From the NCBI GenBank assembly GCA_013239625.1, contig MU053881.1:13096879-13160878 (forward strand): 64,000 nt of DNA, in the 5' to 3' direction. The position numbers and the translations under genes were made by a program. The stretch's first letter is position 1, and each line of letters starts with the position of its first letter. Of the stretch, positions 27,624 to 40,828 are shown piece after piece. The stretch is from Lama guanicoe. Its lineage: Eukaryota. The notes below the pieces were generated by a model. The model saw only the letters and a list, made by a program, of their open reading frames with translations, had not been told where the DNA came from and did no database searches.

Positions 27624-28404
27624 TAACTAACCCCATCCAGCCAACTAGCCCTGACAAATGTGACAACAGTGCAGGCTGTCATTTACAACTAGAAAAGATT
27701 CTAGGAATTTCATATAAATTGGTGACGTATTTTGCAAACACATTTGGTAGTTGTGTTTTAGACCATAACTTACTGATGACTAATTTTGTAACCTTTGTCA
27801 AGTTACTTAAATCTGTGGGCCTCCATCTCTTCATCTATAAAATACAGAAGTGATAGAAAGGAGGACAAATTATAGAAGAAATCAAAGGACTTAGAACTTT
27901 TATGTAGGAAAATTCTCTTTGTTTCTCTGGTTCTGTTTATTTTTCTGTACCAACAAATGTGCTTGGTGAGAGCAGAGCTCTTCTTAACTCTGAGAAGCCA
28001 TTCTAGGCAATCACACCTTCCTAAACTATATAACAATGAAAAGTAATGAACTGAAAAATCATTTGAGCAGCATGGTTTCTAGTGATGTCACTGTTTACCT
28101 CTACTCACCGGTGACATCTGCAGATCTTCCCATCGCTCCCCACCATTTACTAGAGAATTAAGCATCGGACTTACAGCCTTGCTCCTCACCCTAAGCCCTA
28201 AAAATACTCAGTTTCTTCAGTATCTGTGTGGATCACTCATCCAGCAACAGAGTCTGAATTCTTTGAATGTTATCAATCCTCAAGACCTTGGACCCTCGCT
28301 CAGTGCCAGGAACCTGGACTTGGCTGTTACCTGCATGTCTTTCCTCTAATCTTCCTGGTCTGTTATCTTGGCTCTTTCTTTACCCTATTCTCTAATGCCA
28401 ACTG

Positions 28405-28565
28405 GGTCACTGCTTCCCAAATACTTCATGAATTGGATCTACTTCCATTTCATGAAATTGACTTGGGATGCTGTTAAAAGTACAATCTTGGGTCCGATAC
28501 TCCAAAGAATTTTTGAATCAGAAATTCTGATTCTATAGATCTGGAATGGCATCTGAGAATCTATA
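28405..28565. mobile_element. MER5-like hAT-Charlie fragment
   Basis: cttgggatgctgttaaaagtacaatcttgggtcc...tgaatcagaaattct...ctgagaatct. Confidence 0.5.
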
Positions 28566-30556
28566 TAATTTAGATTTATTCTCTGACTTTTCACCATCTC
28601 CATCAATATTTACTGCCTTCGCTCTCCTTCCTAGATCTTAGGATACATCAGTTGTATTGTATCTTTTTGGCAAACCACATGCAGACACCTCATCACATCC
28701 GCGCCAGTCTGTGGTGGTCTTTCTTTAGTCAGGAAATTACAGGTGTTTCCTTCACCTGCGCACCAGTGCCATTGCACTCAGCCTCAAGAGTCTGGGTCAT
28801 TGGTGATACATTTTATTTTCTTCATCTTCAACCTTTTCTATCCCAGGACTCCTTCCCGGAAGTATGTAAACCTATGCAACTCCCTCCCACCTTTTAAAAG
28901 ATAAAAACTTCCCTTCATTTCTGTCAGACCCCTCTGGAGTGGTTTCTTACCTCTTTCCTCCCTTCCACAACCAAGTGTCTTCAAGGAGTTGTCTACAATT
29001 TCTCTGTTTTTTTTTTTCACCTTTCATTTGTGCTTCAGACAACTACAATCAGACTTCTGCCACCTCCGCTCAGCTGAAATTGTTGTAAATAAAATCACCC
29101 TTGACTTCTTTGCTACTGAATTCAATGGAAGTCTCTCAATCCTAGGTTTAGGTCCCTTGTTTATAGACTTTATCTGTTCATGAACCTCTCCTGGCATCAC
29201 TCTGTACTTTAGAGAGGTATGGTGACCCCACGCCTTTCTGGCTTTGTCCTTCTGGGCCTCCTTACTGGAGTTTCCTTTGATTTTCCTCATGGTTCCATCC
29301 TTTTTTTCTTTTTTTTTAAACACTTTTCCCTCAGTAATCTTATCTATTCCCTGATCTTCATGTACTGTTTTATGTTCTAATAATTTAAAATATATTTTTA
29401 GCTCCTCTCTCTCTTCTTGGCTTCCAACTAAATATTCCAGATCCAAGTATCTATTACATTGTCACCACTTGGATGGTAATAGCACTATTAAACGTAGTAG
29501 TATTCCTCACAATAACTGAGAAATAACTATGGACCAGGCTCTTTGCTAAACCCATTTCTTAAATTGTCTCAACCTTATAAAATGGCCCCATTTTTAGATG
29601 AATAAACTGAGACTTGGAGATATTTAATAAATTACTCAGCACGTACAGATAGAATCCAGACGTGTTTAATTCCTAATTCCTCACTGTTCGCTATTTTTAA
29701 TGCTCCTTCTCATGATCAGTATGCAAGGGTTTCTCCACAAAACCTTACATCCAACAGGTCTTAAGCTGGATTCGTCCATTCGGTTTAGTATTGCAGTGAT
29801 GTTCCAACCTCCATCAATTTACACAAGCAAGAAACAGGACTTTTGTCTTACAGACCATATCTAATAAATCACAAGTTTTCCAACTTTCACTTCCTTAATA
29901 CCTTAAAAATACAGCACTTTCTACCTATCCCCATGGTTCAAAACACTATTAATCACCACCGCCCCCACCCCCAATCAGTGCAGCAGCTTTCTGTCGGGTG
30001 TCCCTGCTTCAGGTCATGACCCCTCCAGTCCATTTTCACAATGCAGTCTGCGTGATTTTCTGAAGTCAGATCCAATCATGTCACTTCCTTGCTTGCTGAA
30101 AGCCTGTCAATGCCATTCCACTGCCCTCAGGATAAAGTCCAGGCTCCTTCGAAGGTCATTCGTAACCTAGCATCTCTTTAAATCTATCACTTCTTCTCTG
30201 TCCAAACTGCTCAGTGCGCTCTAAGCTTCAGCCGTTGAGCACTATTTGTAGATCCCTGAGCAGGCTGTGCTTTCTTTCAGGTCTAAGATTTTTAAATGAT
30301 TTTTTTTTCCTGCCTAAAAATTTTATCCTTCTTCCCTCACTCAGTGAATTAACTGCACCCCATCCTTCATGATTGAGTCTCGATGGAATTTTCTCTTGTA
30401 AGCCTCCTCCCGCTAAGATCCCCCTGTGTTCTGCCAGAGCACACAGTCATTTTCCTGACCATAGAATTCATCACACTGCATCACCATTACCCATTTTCTT
30501 GCCTGACTTTTTTACTCCACTTCATGTCCCTTCAAGGGTAGGCATCATGACTTTCT

Positions 30557-31085
30557 TTTAGCCTAGTTTTCTCCAGAACAAGAGCCTGGAGAGAAGGATT
30601 ATTCAAATGCAGATAATTCTGGAGGTGATCCCAGGAAACTGGAGGCAGAATAAGGAGGTGAGATGGGGAATGGAAGTAGGTGGCGAGGAGCTCAGATGCA
30701 CTTACCGCTCTGGGTAAGTGGAGTTGAATACGCTGAGGCATCCTGGGAGCCAGTGTCAACTCTGGGCCTGAGAGTTGCCCCATGCTAGCGCAGAGCGGGC
30801 ATGTTCACATCCTGTCTCGGTTGTGCTGAAAGTTACAATTTTAGCACTGGGTAACTTCTTGGTCCGAGATGAAGCAGTGCAGTTAATCACCCTACCACCA
30901 GCTCTCATCAGTTGACGGCTGGAGGCAGCTCAGGGGAGGGCAGATGACTGGAAGAGAAGGTATTAATTTCCTGACACTTGTAACCTACTGTGTAAACAGC
31001 AAAATTAACTCCAATAACTCCCTAGGCAAATACATTTAGGAACTGGCAATTGAAGGTTGGGCAAGTGTACACTGGTGTGGACCGT
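30557..31085 (-). mobile_element. LTR16-like ERV-L solo LTR
   Basis: ggaggtgatcccaggaaac...ggtgagatggggaatggaag...ttaccgctctgggtaagtggagttgaat...ctgggagccagtgt matches antisense LTR16. Confidence 0.7.
30791..30894. mobile_element. MER81/MER94-like hAT-Blackjack MITE nested in the LTR16-like element
   Basis: cagagcgggca...ttttagcactg...gtccgagatgaagcagtgcagttaatcacccta, with internal inverted repeats (tctcgg/ccgaga, aagttac/gtaactt). Confidence 0.5.
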
Positions 31086-32271
31086 GACATCATTGCTATA
31101 GGTTTGTTTACTGCTCTAGTCTTAATGCCTCACAGTGTCTCATACATAGTAGGTACTCAAAAATATTTATTAAATGAGGGAATTTTTTTTTTCCTAAGGA
31201 AGAGGCAAGATTTTGTGACTTTATTGTTCTAGCCATAGTATGGAACATCATTTCTAGCTCTTAGTAAATGCTTAATATTTTGAATGAATGAATAATTGAA
31301 TAAAGGCCTCACTGTATGAAGCAGGTCGTCTTTAAGGCTCTTGTGAGCTGTGAGATTCTATATCAAAAAAATCAGTATGCACCTTCCACAGGGTCCTCTT
31401 TAAACACGTGACTTTAGTATCTGTGTGTGAGCACCGAGAAGAACAGAGCACACTATTTAATCATTCTTAACCAGTCCACGTGAGGGGAGAGGAATGTTGC
31501 AACATTCTTCCGTCAGCCTCACAGCGGAGTGGCTGTGACTAATTGGAGGAGGGCCACCGTGACCCGGTTTGGGGGCCCTGTCACTTTAGAAACATTTAAA
31601 ACCACACTGGGGGATGGTAGAACAAGGTTGACTCTTGCCACATGGGCTCCACTAATGAGGGAGATGTGAAGAGAACTCCAGTCTCCAGAGCTGTCACCCT
31701 GGTGCTCCCCTTGAGCACCTCCGGTATTTTTCAAAAAGAGAAGAATGGAAGTGGAGGTGTGAGCGTAGGAGGGGCTGTCTTCAGATAGCTTCCTGAAATG
31801 CCCTCTGAAACACGAAGGGCTTGGAGGAAAGGACAGAAGGAATGTGTTAACGCAGTCGCAGAGAGTGAATGCACTCTACTTCTGGTTTTCAGAGCATTAA
31901 AAACCTTTTTCCCTTTTGTGGTTGTGTGTGTGTGTGAGTAGAGCATGTACCGCTGTGGTCTGCTCTGCCACGTAGAATTTCTTGTTCTCTAAGAAAGTTC
32001 TTTTCTAAACTGACTACATATAATGTATTTTAAAAACCCAAATTTTTATCATGGCAGTTTTTAATTTGAAAACATATCCGTTTTCTGATTATACAATCAA
32101 TTCATGTGCACAACTGAGGATTTTAGAAAACCCAGAGGGGAATTTAAACCAAAAACTAATCTCTAATGCTCTAAACAGCATAAATATTTTCAGCATTTTT
32201 TCTTGTACCTGTCATCTACCTATCTGTTTGTCTATCTATTTATCTATCTAACAAATTTGGAAGTTACCTTT

Positions 32272-32440
32272 TTTTTCTTTTTTTAAAACATTTTTTATCC
32301 CTATTTTTTCTTTTTTCTTTTTGGCAGGGGGAGGCAATTAGGTTGGTTGGTTGGTTGGTTTAATGGAGGTACTGGGGCTTGAACCCAGGACCTTGTGCGT
32401 GGTAAGCATGCACTCTCCCCCTGAGTTCTACCCTCGCCCC
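32272..32440 (-). mobile_element. tRNA-derived camelid-type SINE (Vic-1-like)
   Basis: Reverse complement of the same consensus. TSD tggaagtta(c/t)cttt at 32258-32271 and 32441-32454. Internal (GGTT)n. Confidence 0.88.
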
Positions 32441-34459
32441 TGGAAGTTATCTTTATGATTTTCTGATTTAAAATACACTAGGTGGCATATGCAAAATTTT
32501 CTTTGAGGGACCCAGAGTTAGGATCCCAGAGAAATTGCAGGTCATGATTTGCTCTGAACATGGGTGACTTTTATGGCTCATTCTCTGAGGAGTGGCAAGA
32601 GACTTGCTGATTCTCACTGGAGAGCTGTTTTTGAAAGCTGACTTTCACGGTTTCTGAGATCTCGGCACAGCTGGAGAGCCGTGTGACTCTGGTCAGGGGA
32701 GACCCGCCTACAGGTACGAGCCTGTGAATAGAGAAAACTGCTATTTCAGGTCACATGTCACAAAAACAGTCAATTGTCATGGGCCTAATTATTTGTATGT
32801 AGCACAAATCAGGGTGAACAGCATTAAGAGTTTCCTCATTTGTTAAGGGGTCATAATCTAAAACTGAGAAACGAAGGCTGCTATGTGGGTAGGGGTGCAC
32901 AGATAGGTATATTTTCACAATTGGATTATTCACATCTTGTAGGGTATTTTCCAACTTCTAAAATGATATTTTCATTTCTTCTATGTGTAACTGTGTAGTT
33001 AAAACTTGTAACCCATCTAAGGAATGTAGTTTATAAAGTGCACTAGTACAAGCCTCAGTAAGCATAACAGCACATCTACTGAGATTCAAGAAGTTATCCA
33101 TTCTCATCACTCTTTTTCAAAGGAAGTGTTAGTATGTGGGGTGCTTACGTGAAATTCCACACATAGCTCATATAAGATATAAAGGATGAACATGGAGTCA
33201 ATGTGGTCCACAACCCTCATGAGAAAATTCTGAGCCTGCTGTTTTCCTTCCTGAGGTCACAGTGCTGGTTAGTTGCAAAATCAGAGCTAGAATAAAAATC
33301 ATTTGATTTTTTATCAAGATCCTTTATATTGTGCCCCATGGCAACCTTGCATATCCGTAGTATTTAGGAAGAGGGTGAGAATTTCATAATCAGAGCTTTA
33401 CTTATGTGTTAATAATTCTCACCACCTGCTGAATTTCAGATTTAATACTTTTTTTTGGCATTATATTGCAAACTCTATGAGGACATGACCTGGGCCAATA
33501 GTTTTTCCCATGACAGCTCCAAAGCAGAGTGCAGTGTTTGGCATTTGGTAGGTGCTCAACACACTTATTGAATTGAAGCATGTCTTCATTAACTTAAAAG
33601 CGATCAAGTCTTTTGGGGGAAGAAAAAAGAGTGAAATGGGAGAGGCAAAGTGGAAGCTCAGAAGAGGACAGGAACTAAATTGAAGTAGAGTCATACTACT
33701 CTTCTGTTCAGCATGGTTCAGGTCCGGTCCTAATGAAGACTGCCTTCCCCGGGACTTCCCGAGGAGTAGGGCTGCTTTTCAGTGGGGAAATCATAGTCTT
33801 GTACTCAGTTGGATGCTGGGTTCGGAGTGTCTCCTGAATTTATCTGTTCTCCAAATGGTTCAGCTGTAGTCAGTCACTGTCGGTTAAGTTGTGCCAGTTA
33901 AGTTTTAATTTCCCAATAGTTATTTTGTTTACAGAAATAGGACTTTGGCTTTGCTATTTTTAACCTTGAACCCAGTATAGAATTGTACCCTTGGGTTCCC
34001 ACTGACTCAGAAGCCTTGTCTCTTTTTAAACTGAGCAATAGCAGATGAGAAATATTGGATCAGAAGGTCCACCCTTTGTTAAAACAGCTCCAGGCCGCTT
34101 TGGCCTGCAGATCGCTGCCTGACTTGGCATCCTTGCCTTGGGGCTCCCCAGAGGGCCATGGCTATTAACCCACATTAACTCCCAGAAAGCAGTTTTCTGA
34201 AGGCGATTGCTTGACTATTGTAAAGTTGGTTGGAAAGTTATTTGTACTGAACAGAATACATGGTATAGAATATATGACTCTCGTATTCCAACATGATTCC
34301 TTTTAACAATGACTTTTTTCATGAAATAGGAATCCATTGAAGTGACCTAAATTTCACTTTTATCATCAGAGAGTTTTCATGATTAGGAGGCTCTTTCATG
34401 CACTCCATGTGTTAATTTGGGGAGAGATTTGCTGCATAATTTCCATCAGTTTCTCTAGA

Positions 34460-35348
34460 TTCATTCTCTACCGTCCTCACTGTGCGGTGTGCCCCGTGAG
34501 ACTGACCTCTCTGGCCGACACTACCTGGGTTTCCTTGGCCTCTAGCTTCCGTTTGGTTTGACCAATGGGACGCTTTAGGAAGGAGAAGAGTGGATTCTGG
34601 GTAGTCACTCTCAGCGTCCCTCCCTGTCACTGTTTGACAGCGTCTATGTCATCTGTTGAAAGCCACAGCTCCTATCGTGGAGTTTGTGTTCTACAGCACT
34701 TTCTAGACTTCATCACTATTTCTTCCTCTTGCACTTTCAGGACTAGAGTGGTGTGATCGGTAAAATAATGGTCCCCTCAAAGATGCCCACATTCTTGTCC
34801 TTGGAATCTGTGAATATGCCTTACTTACTAAAAGGGATTTTGCAGATGTGGTTAAGTTAAGGATCTGGAGATGAATCCAGGATTATGTGGGTGGGCCCAT
34901 TGTAACCACAATGGTTCTTGTCAATGGCAGGTCAGAGCTGGAATTAGAGATACGATGAAGGAAACAGGTTGGACTGATGTGATTGCTGGCTTTCAAGATG
35001 GAAAAGGGCCACTAGCCGAGGAAGGAGGAAGCCTCTAGAGACTTGAAAAAGCGAAGAGCACATTCTCCCTTGGAGCATCCAGAAGGAACTCAGCTCAGAT
35101 GACATCTTTATTTTAGCCAGTGAGACTTCCAAATTGTAAACGTGGTGATGAATTTGCGCTGTTCTAAGTTGCTAACTATGTGGTAATTTGATGATAGTGG
35201 CTCTCCAATGTTGTTAGACCCATGGTACTACAATATCCCTTTATTGGTGGGTCTTACCCTTGCCCACATCTTTGTAAATAATCCCTTCATTAATTTTTTG
35301 TTTATCCCTCTGTGTGTGACATCTGACTGCAGCCAGGACTCTGTTAAA
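34460..35348 (+). mobile_element. LTR33-like LTR split by an MLT1D-like insertion
   Basis: 5' half cttggcctctagcttccgtttggtttgaccaatggga (34460-34751). 3' half tgcccacatctttgtaaataatcccttcattaa...gccaggactctg (35200-35348). Confidence 0.75.
34752..35192 (+). mobile_element. MLT1D-like LTR (ERVL-MaLR)
   Basis: tgtgatcggtaaaataatggtcccctcaaagatgcccac...aaaagggattttgcagatgtggttaagttaaggatc...ttgctggctttcaagatggaa...tgtggtaatttg. Confidence 0.85.
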
Positions 35349-38300
35349 TGCTTATACCTTTTTAATCAGCAAAGCCACTTTTAGAAATTTATTCTATGAA
35401 AATAGTGGGGGATATATAGAGTACCTGAGATATATGCACATATTGATTGTAGCATTATTTGTAACAACAAAAATAAAGCAAATTTTCAGAATAGAGACTA
35501 GTTAAAAGAATTATAATATAGCTATATGATACAGTAATAGAATGCTAGAAAATGTTACATATGTACGCATACACATGCATAATTGTGTGAAGGAATCAGG
35601 CTACAAAACATATCTATATTATATTTTTACATATACCTGTATCTGTGCACCTTTACTGATCTATCTATCTAATCTCTGGATCATCTGTTTAAATATATAG
35701 GAACAGAAAAATGAAAAAGGAGAAAAAGCCAAAGATGCTTTTAGTGGTTAACTCTTGCTAATGGATGAAGGATAATATTTTTTCTTTGTGTGTTTTCATA
35801 TTTTTCAAATTTTCTATAAGGCTTTCATTAATAGCCACAAAGAAGGTTTTAAAACAGCAATGGTTCCTCCCCACACATGGTGGAATGCTTAGGATCACAG
35901 AGGGGATCTTTTCTGGTTTCACTGGCAGTTAGAACAATAATTTCTTCTACCTACAACTGTTTTGTGCAGCTTCGTTACAGTTATTTGCATTCTTGTCTGA
36001 CACCTCTGTCATATTATGGGAATTTTGAAGCAGAGAATGCCCTGAAATTTATTTCTTGCTGCACACACAGTGCCCTATGTGAGGTATGCAATGTGTATTT
36101 ATTGAAAGCTTTATACTAAATTGAATTTATAGGTGCTAAATCAAAACTTCTTTGATGAGGGACTTACTTCCACACCCATAAAAAAATACAAGTAACAGAA
36201 AAAAGCCTATGAGGCAAATTTATATAGCAGGGAGATAGCAGATAAACAACCTGGTTTAAGATGCAAATGGATAGTGAATTATTTATATCATATCCTTGTC
36301 ACAGAATTGTTCATTTAAAATTTGTTTACTAAGAGGATTGGATGAATGTAAGAACTTGGCCGAGGTAAACATTAGGATTAGAATATTCAAAAAGCACATC
36401 GAGTACTAGAAAAGATGAAAGGAAAACAGCCTTGTTGTATGTTAGTCACCCTGGCAAGACTTCATGGGCCAGGCAGAATCTTTAATTAGTGAGTCTTAAG
36501 TGTGTTGAGCAGAAAACGGTTTTCTAGGAAGAAGGCACTGTTTTGGAGAAGACCCAAGGATTAAAAATAGGACAAATGAGTCAAGATAGCTGTGCGGAGA
36601 TACAGCAGAGGTTAGAGGAGTCTGAACGTTGGATGGTAATCGATTAACGTCACAACGTAGTAAACAGCAGAGGAGTGATAAAAGGAAGGTATGTCAGAAG
36701 GAGGAGCTAAATCCTTTCATTCACATGTGAGAGACTTAATCTCCCAAGATAAGCATGTTTGGAAAATCTTCAGATGTGGGTTGAAGTCTCTATCCCTGGT
36801 CCAGTGCCCCCCCCTTTTTTTAATTGGAAGAGTCCTCAGTAATGGTTAATGAGTCCTCATGTTCATTTCATGAAGGATTTTTTTAAACTTAGCTACAAAA
36901 TAATGTATTTGACTTAGTTATATTGCAAAAAGTACTGTATTAATATGGAACTACATATTTATTGATAATGTTACACGTTTAGTTAGCCATCCTATTAGGC
37001 ATTTCTATTTTTAAGGGAAATCATCATGTTTACTTTTCAAAATATTATCTACATTAGTATCTTCATACATGTCAGCTGGAGTGATTTAAATGATACACTA
37101 TTCCACTTGCAAATAGTTATTACCAATGCTCAGTTCCAGAATTTTGTATGTCTGTGAATCTCCCAAGTATGGCATGATGCCGATAACGATGTTGATTTTA
37201 CTGCATTCCCACAAAGTGGAAAATATAGCAATTAACTTTGTAAATGATCATCATTCTTCATAAGCCAGCAGACTATCATCCTTGTGTCCATTTCTGACCC
37301 TTCATATCTGTGCTGAAGAAAATTACTTACAATCCAATCATTCTTTGGTATTAACTCAGTAACTCCTTACAATAAAACTATGGGTTAGGAACCATTATTA
37401 TCCCCATTATTCAGATGAAGAAACTGAGGAAAAGTTGGATAATAAGCCATGACAGGGCCAAGGTTGAAATGTGTTTAGTAATGTGAAGTAAGAGCCTCTG
37501 CTTTTTCACTTTGTTGTACAAACAATAACAAGGGAAAATCTTTCTTTCTTATCCTAAATATAAAAAAAGTCACAACTGAATTTTTTAATTGGCCTTTGAA
37601 TCTCTAACCTCAGAGCAGGTAATAATAGAGCACTCCCACCACTTTTCTGATAGAGCCAAAAGAGTGAGCCTGTGGAGACCAGCCATAGGAAACTCTGGTT
37701 TTCTCTTGCTCTAAGCCCTGAGGGACAAAGGCCAGCTCTGGGTCTAGAATTTTTCAGATGACTGGAGATCCCTTCTTTCAGACAGAATTCTGGAAGCAGT
37801 GAATAACATTGAATAGTAATTGTTCATTCTGTTGGAGAACAAAATAAATGTAAAATCTAGCAACTTATTTCTGTTGCTGTGTATTTTTAAATGTCTATCC
37901 TATTGTAATTAAAATAATCAAAAAGTGAAGTCAAGATCAAAGAAAGAAGGCATCTTCAAGGTTGGCAGATCCTAAGGACTCTAACAGGAAGGTCATGTGT
38001 TCCAGAATTTTACTTCCAAATCCTGAGACACTGAGGGGCAGCAGAAAGAGCAATGCTTGAATGGCTCTCCTGGGTTTGCCATTAACTGGCTCTGTGACCT
38101 CTGGCAATTCAATGAGCATTAAAAATATATAGCAGCACTATGGGTCTAGGTCATTTTCCTTTTTTTTCTATACGTTTAACAAAAATCCGTAGTGACAGGG
38201 CATACAGATAGCAATTTTTGACATAATCCCCAATGACCGCATCATTTGGTTAAATTTCATGTGACCTTCGTCACAGACAAAAACTGTTGCTACTAGTCAG

Positions 38301-39309
38301 AATAATATTGAGACTAAAAAAAGGGATGAAGGCCACCCATGAATATGTACTTAGCTAAACTTAAAGGCATTGAGTTAGAAGACAAGACCTAAGTGAAAAC
38401 TATTTTTTTTTTAACGTGGCTGGAAGGTGAGAAATTGATGTTTAAATTGGATGCAGGAAGCCATGAGGGGCCAAGAGGATGACAGCTAGAGGAAGGTTAG
38501 GGCAGCTGTGCTCGTGAAGGATTATGCCAACTCTGTTCTTCTGAGGATTTCAAAGGACTTCAAGAAAACACAAACCATCTCTGGAGCATGGCTCCCTGTA
38601 TTTTTAATTTTGGTGGGTACAGAGACGGGCTCTTCGGCCTTGAAAATAATCTAATGTGTGAGTTTTTTTCAACAAGAGCCTTGGGTTTTCAGCCTGTAGT
38701 TTAAAGGAAGGATTGTAATTCAAGCACTCTTTAAAAATGAAACATCATGCTACAGAGTCACACTTAGGACATCTGTGAACAGCACTGGGTTCTTTTAGAG
38801 AGCTGATCTGACGAGAGCGGGCGGGGCACGGCAGCAGAGCACTGCACACACTGCAAGGGAGGTGGGGCACTTTGGCCATTTGTTGCGTGTTACCACGTGG
38901 AGTGGTATTGCTCTACCTAATTTACAGTTGGGAAAATGGAGCCTTATGAAGGCTGCACTGACAGTCGTCAAGCAACTGGTCAGTGGGAGAGTTGGCACCC
39001 CCGTTATGTCTGACATCAGTGTCCATATTCTTGACCACACCCCAAGGGTCGAGGTCCAGGAGTCTTGCGCTCTACCTACTTCACGCCATTTTTGTCTTCT
39101 CTGTCTACGCCACGCCCCAAATACATCTCGCAGTTTCTGTGAAGTGAGGAGCATGATCATGCAGAACAGGATTACACTGCTCACAAATGAAGTTCACGTA
39201 AGAGGAAGACAGTGCTGGGGAATGAGACAGGGAAGAGGGGTCACCATCTTTCAGACAAGTAAGTCCAACCAGACCACTGACATGACACTATGGACTAGAA
39301 TGCAGCATT

Positions 39310-39315
39310 TTTATT
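39310..39315 (-). terminator. GABRG2: Distal polyadenylation signal AATAAA
   Basis: Minus strand: ttttacAATAAAaatgctgcattctagtccatagtgtcatgtcagtggtctggttgg. A CA cleavage candidate lies ~18 nt downstream, followed by a GU-rich element. Confidence 0.75.
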
Positions 39316-40387
39316 GTAAAAGTCCACATATTAGGCAATTCCCTTTGTGAAAAGGTTTTCAAATACACAGACAAGGAGCAGCTGATAATTAAGAATTAGA
39401 TTATATATAATGTATATTCATATTGCTAATACTATGCACACATTGGAAAGCTAGTTTTGAGTGTCCCCATTACAGAATACGTTTCAAGCTGACAATAATG
39501 TTTCTTGTCATTGAAAATTTGCCAACAACTCTCCCAAAGAGTCAACATGTAATATGTTAACAGTTCAAAAACAAGAAAATAACTAATTCTATTTACACGT
39601 GAGGTTATATACTAGAGCACGGATACAGAAAAGGTTTGTAAAGTTGGCAGCTAAGTGCGTTTCAGAATTCATCCAGATGACTTGATGGTGACTTTACATG
39701 ATTTTATGTGAACGATGCCACTTTCTCTTCTTTTTTACGTTTTAGATTATCTATAGCTATGACTGAATTCTGACTTAGAGTAATGACGGCCAAAAGGAAG
39801 AACCGACAAAAGGTGCTATTGTAGGAAAAATAAGAATTCATGAGGAGTCCGTGAAAATGGAGCGCAACTCATCATGTATGAAGTCTGGGACGACCACCCC
39901 ATGGATTACAGTATTGTTGAATGAGGACACAGTCATAAGCTTAACCTCCATGTAAGTCTTTCATTTTTCAAAATGTAAACTTCAGTACATTTTTCTTTTC
40001 TCAGAGCACAGAGGACTACGTTTGGAACACCAGTCAGGGACGATTCCTGCTTACGCCTGTCGTGTGTCCTCAGGTGGCGTGGTGGATGGGTCAGAGAGCT
40101 GACTCATCTCCAAACCTGGAACGATAACACACAAACTCTAATTCTGCTCTAGTAGACTCGGTTCTGTACATAAACATAGGACTTAAATATTGTTTTAAAA
40201 GGAGCCTGGACCTTGCCTAAACTAAATGTTTGATAATGAACAAAAATAGCCAAAGGTCTTTGAGTCCTTCTGTTTACTTCCACAAGATCAGAGAGCACTG
40301 GATAATGCCTCTGTGAAAAGATGAACCACTGGTTCCAGACCAGCTCAGACAGGGTCACCAGCGTGCATGAAGCCAATTCACCTCTAA

Positions 40388-40495
40388 CCATATTTACTGA
40401 GCACCGACTATATGCCAAGCACTGTGCAAGGTGCTGAGGACCCAAAGAGGGAGTGACGAGGATTCTGCCCACAAGGCGCTCACAATCACTAGAAG
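40388..40495 (-). mobile_element. L2 3'-end fragment embedded in the GABRG2 3' UTR (sense in the mRNA)
   Basis: Plus strand atttactgagcaccgactatatgccaagcactgtgcaaggtgctgagga...ctgcccacaaggcgctcacaatc is the reverse of the L2 terminus. Confidence 0.75.
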
Positions 40496-40805
40496 CAGGT
40501 CTTGAGATGGAGAGTAAGTTCTCTTATGACCTATCACCCTAAAAGGAAGAAACAAGAGCAGCAAGCACACAGTTACTTTAGACTCTATGAAATTGGGTGT
40601 ATTTTAAGGTAGCAAATGTCAGTTATTCAGTCTCTGTTTCCCATAAAGTGTTTTGATATGTCAGACAAGGAAAAAAAAATAAGCCGTTTGAATCTTCATG
40701 CATGAGGGAGAAAGCAGAGAAAACTCCCCCTCCCATTCCAAACTCAAACCCTTATAATTACACTCATGATTCTTCTACAGCCCAGAGACACAGAGAAGAC
40801 AATAC

Positions 40806-40828
40806 TTTATTATGATGTTAACTTTATT
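40806..40828 (-). terminator. GABRG2: Two candidate intermediate poly(A) signals (AATAAA at 40823-40828 and 40806-40811)
   Basis: Minus strand: ggAATAAAgttaacatcatAATAAAgtattgtcttctctgtgtctctggg, i.e. followed by U/GU-rich sequence. Confidence 0.5.

Larger units (their letters stand above)
28880..31180 (+). mobile_element. Long decayed L2 LINE (RT remnant to 3' end) interrupted by a MIR (~29500-29700) and an LTR16-like element
   Basis: ORF-track peptide LQSDFCHLRSAEIVVNKITLDFFATEFNGSLSIL resembles L2 RT [22 protein letters not shown]. The 3' UTR motif gatccaatcatgtcacttccttgctt and terminus acatagtaggtactcaaaaatatttattaaatga are present. Confidence 0.8.

Noticed and set aside
38795..39350. 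129-aa and 162-aa ORFs just beyond the 3' end of the gene
   Set aside because: They overlap a MIR and the poly(A) region and encode no recognisable domain.
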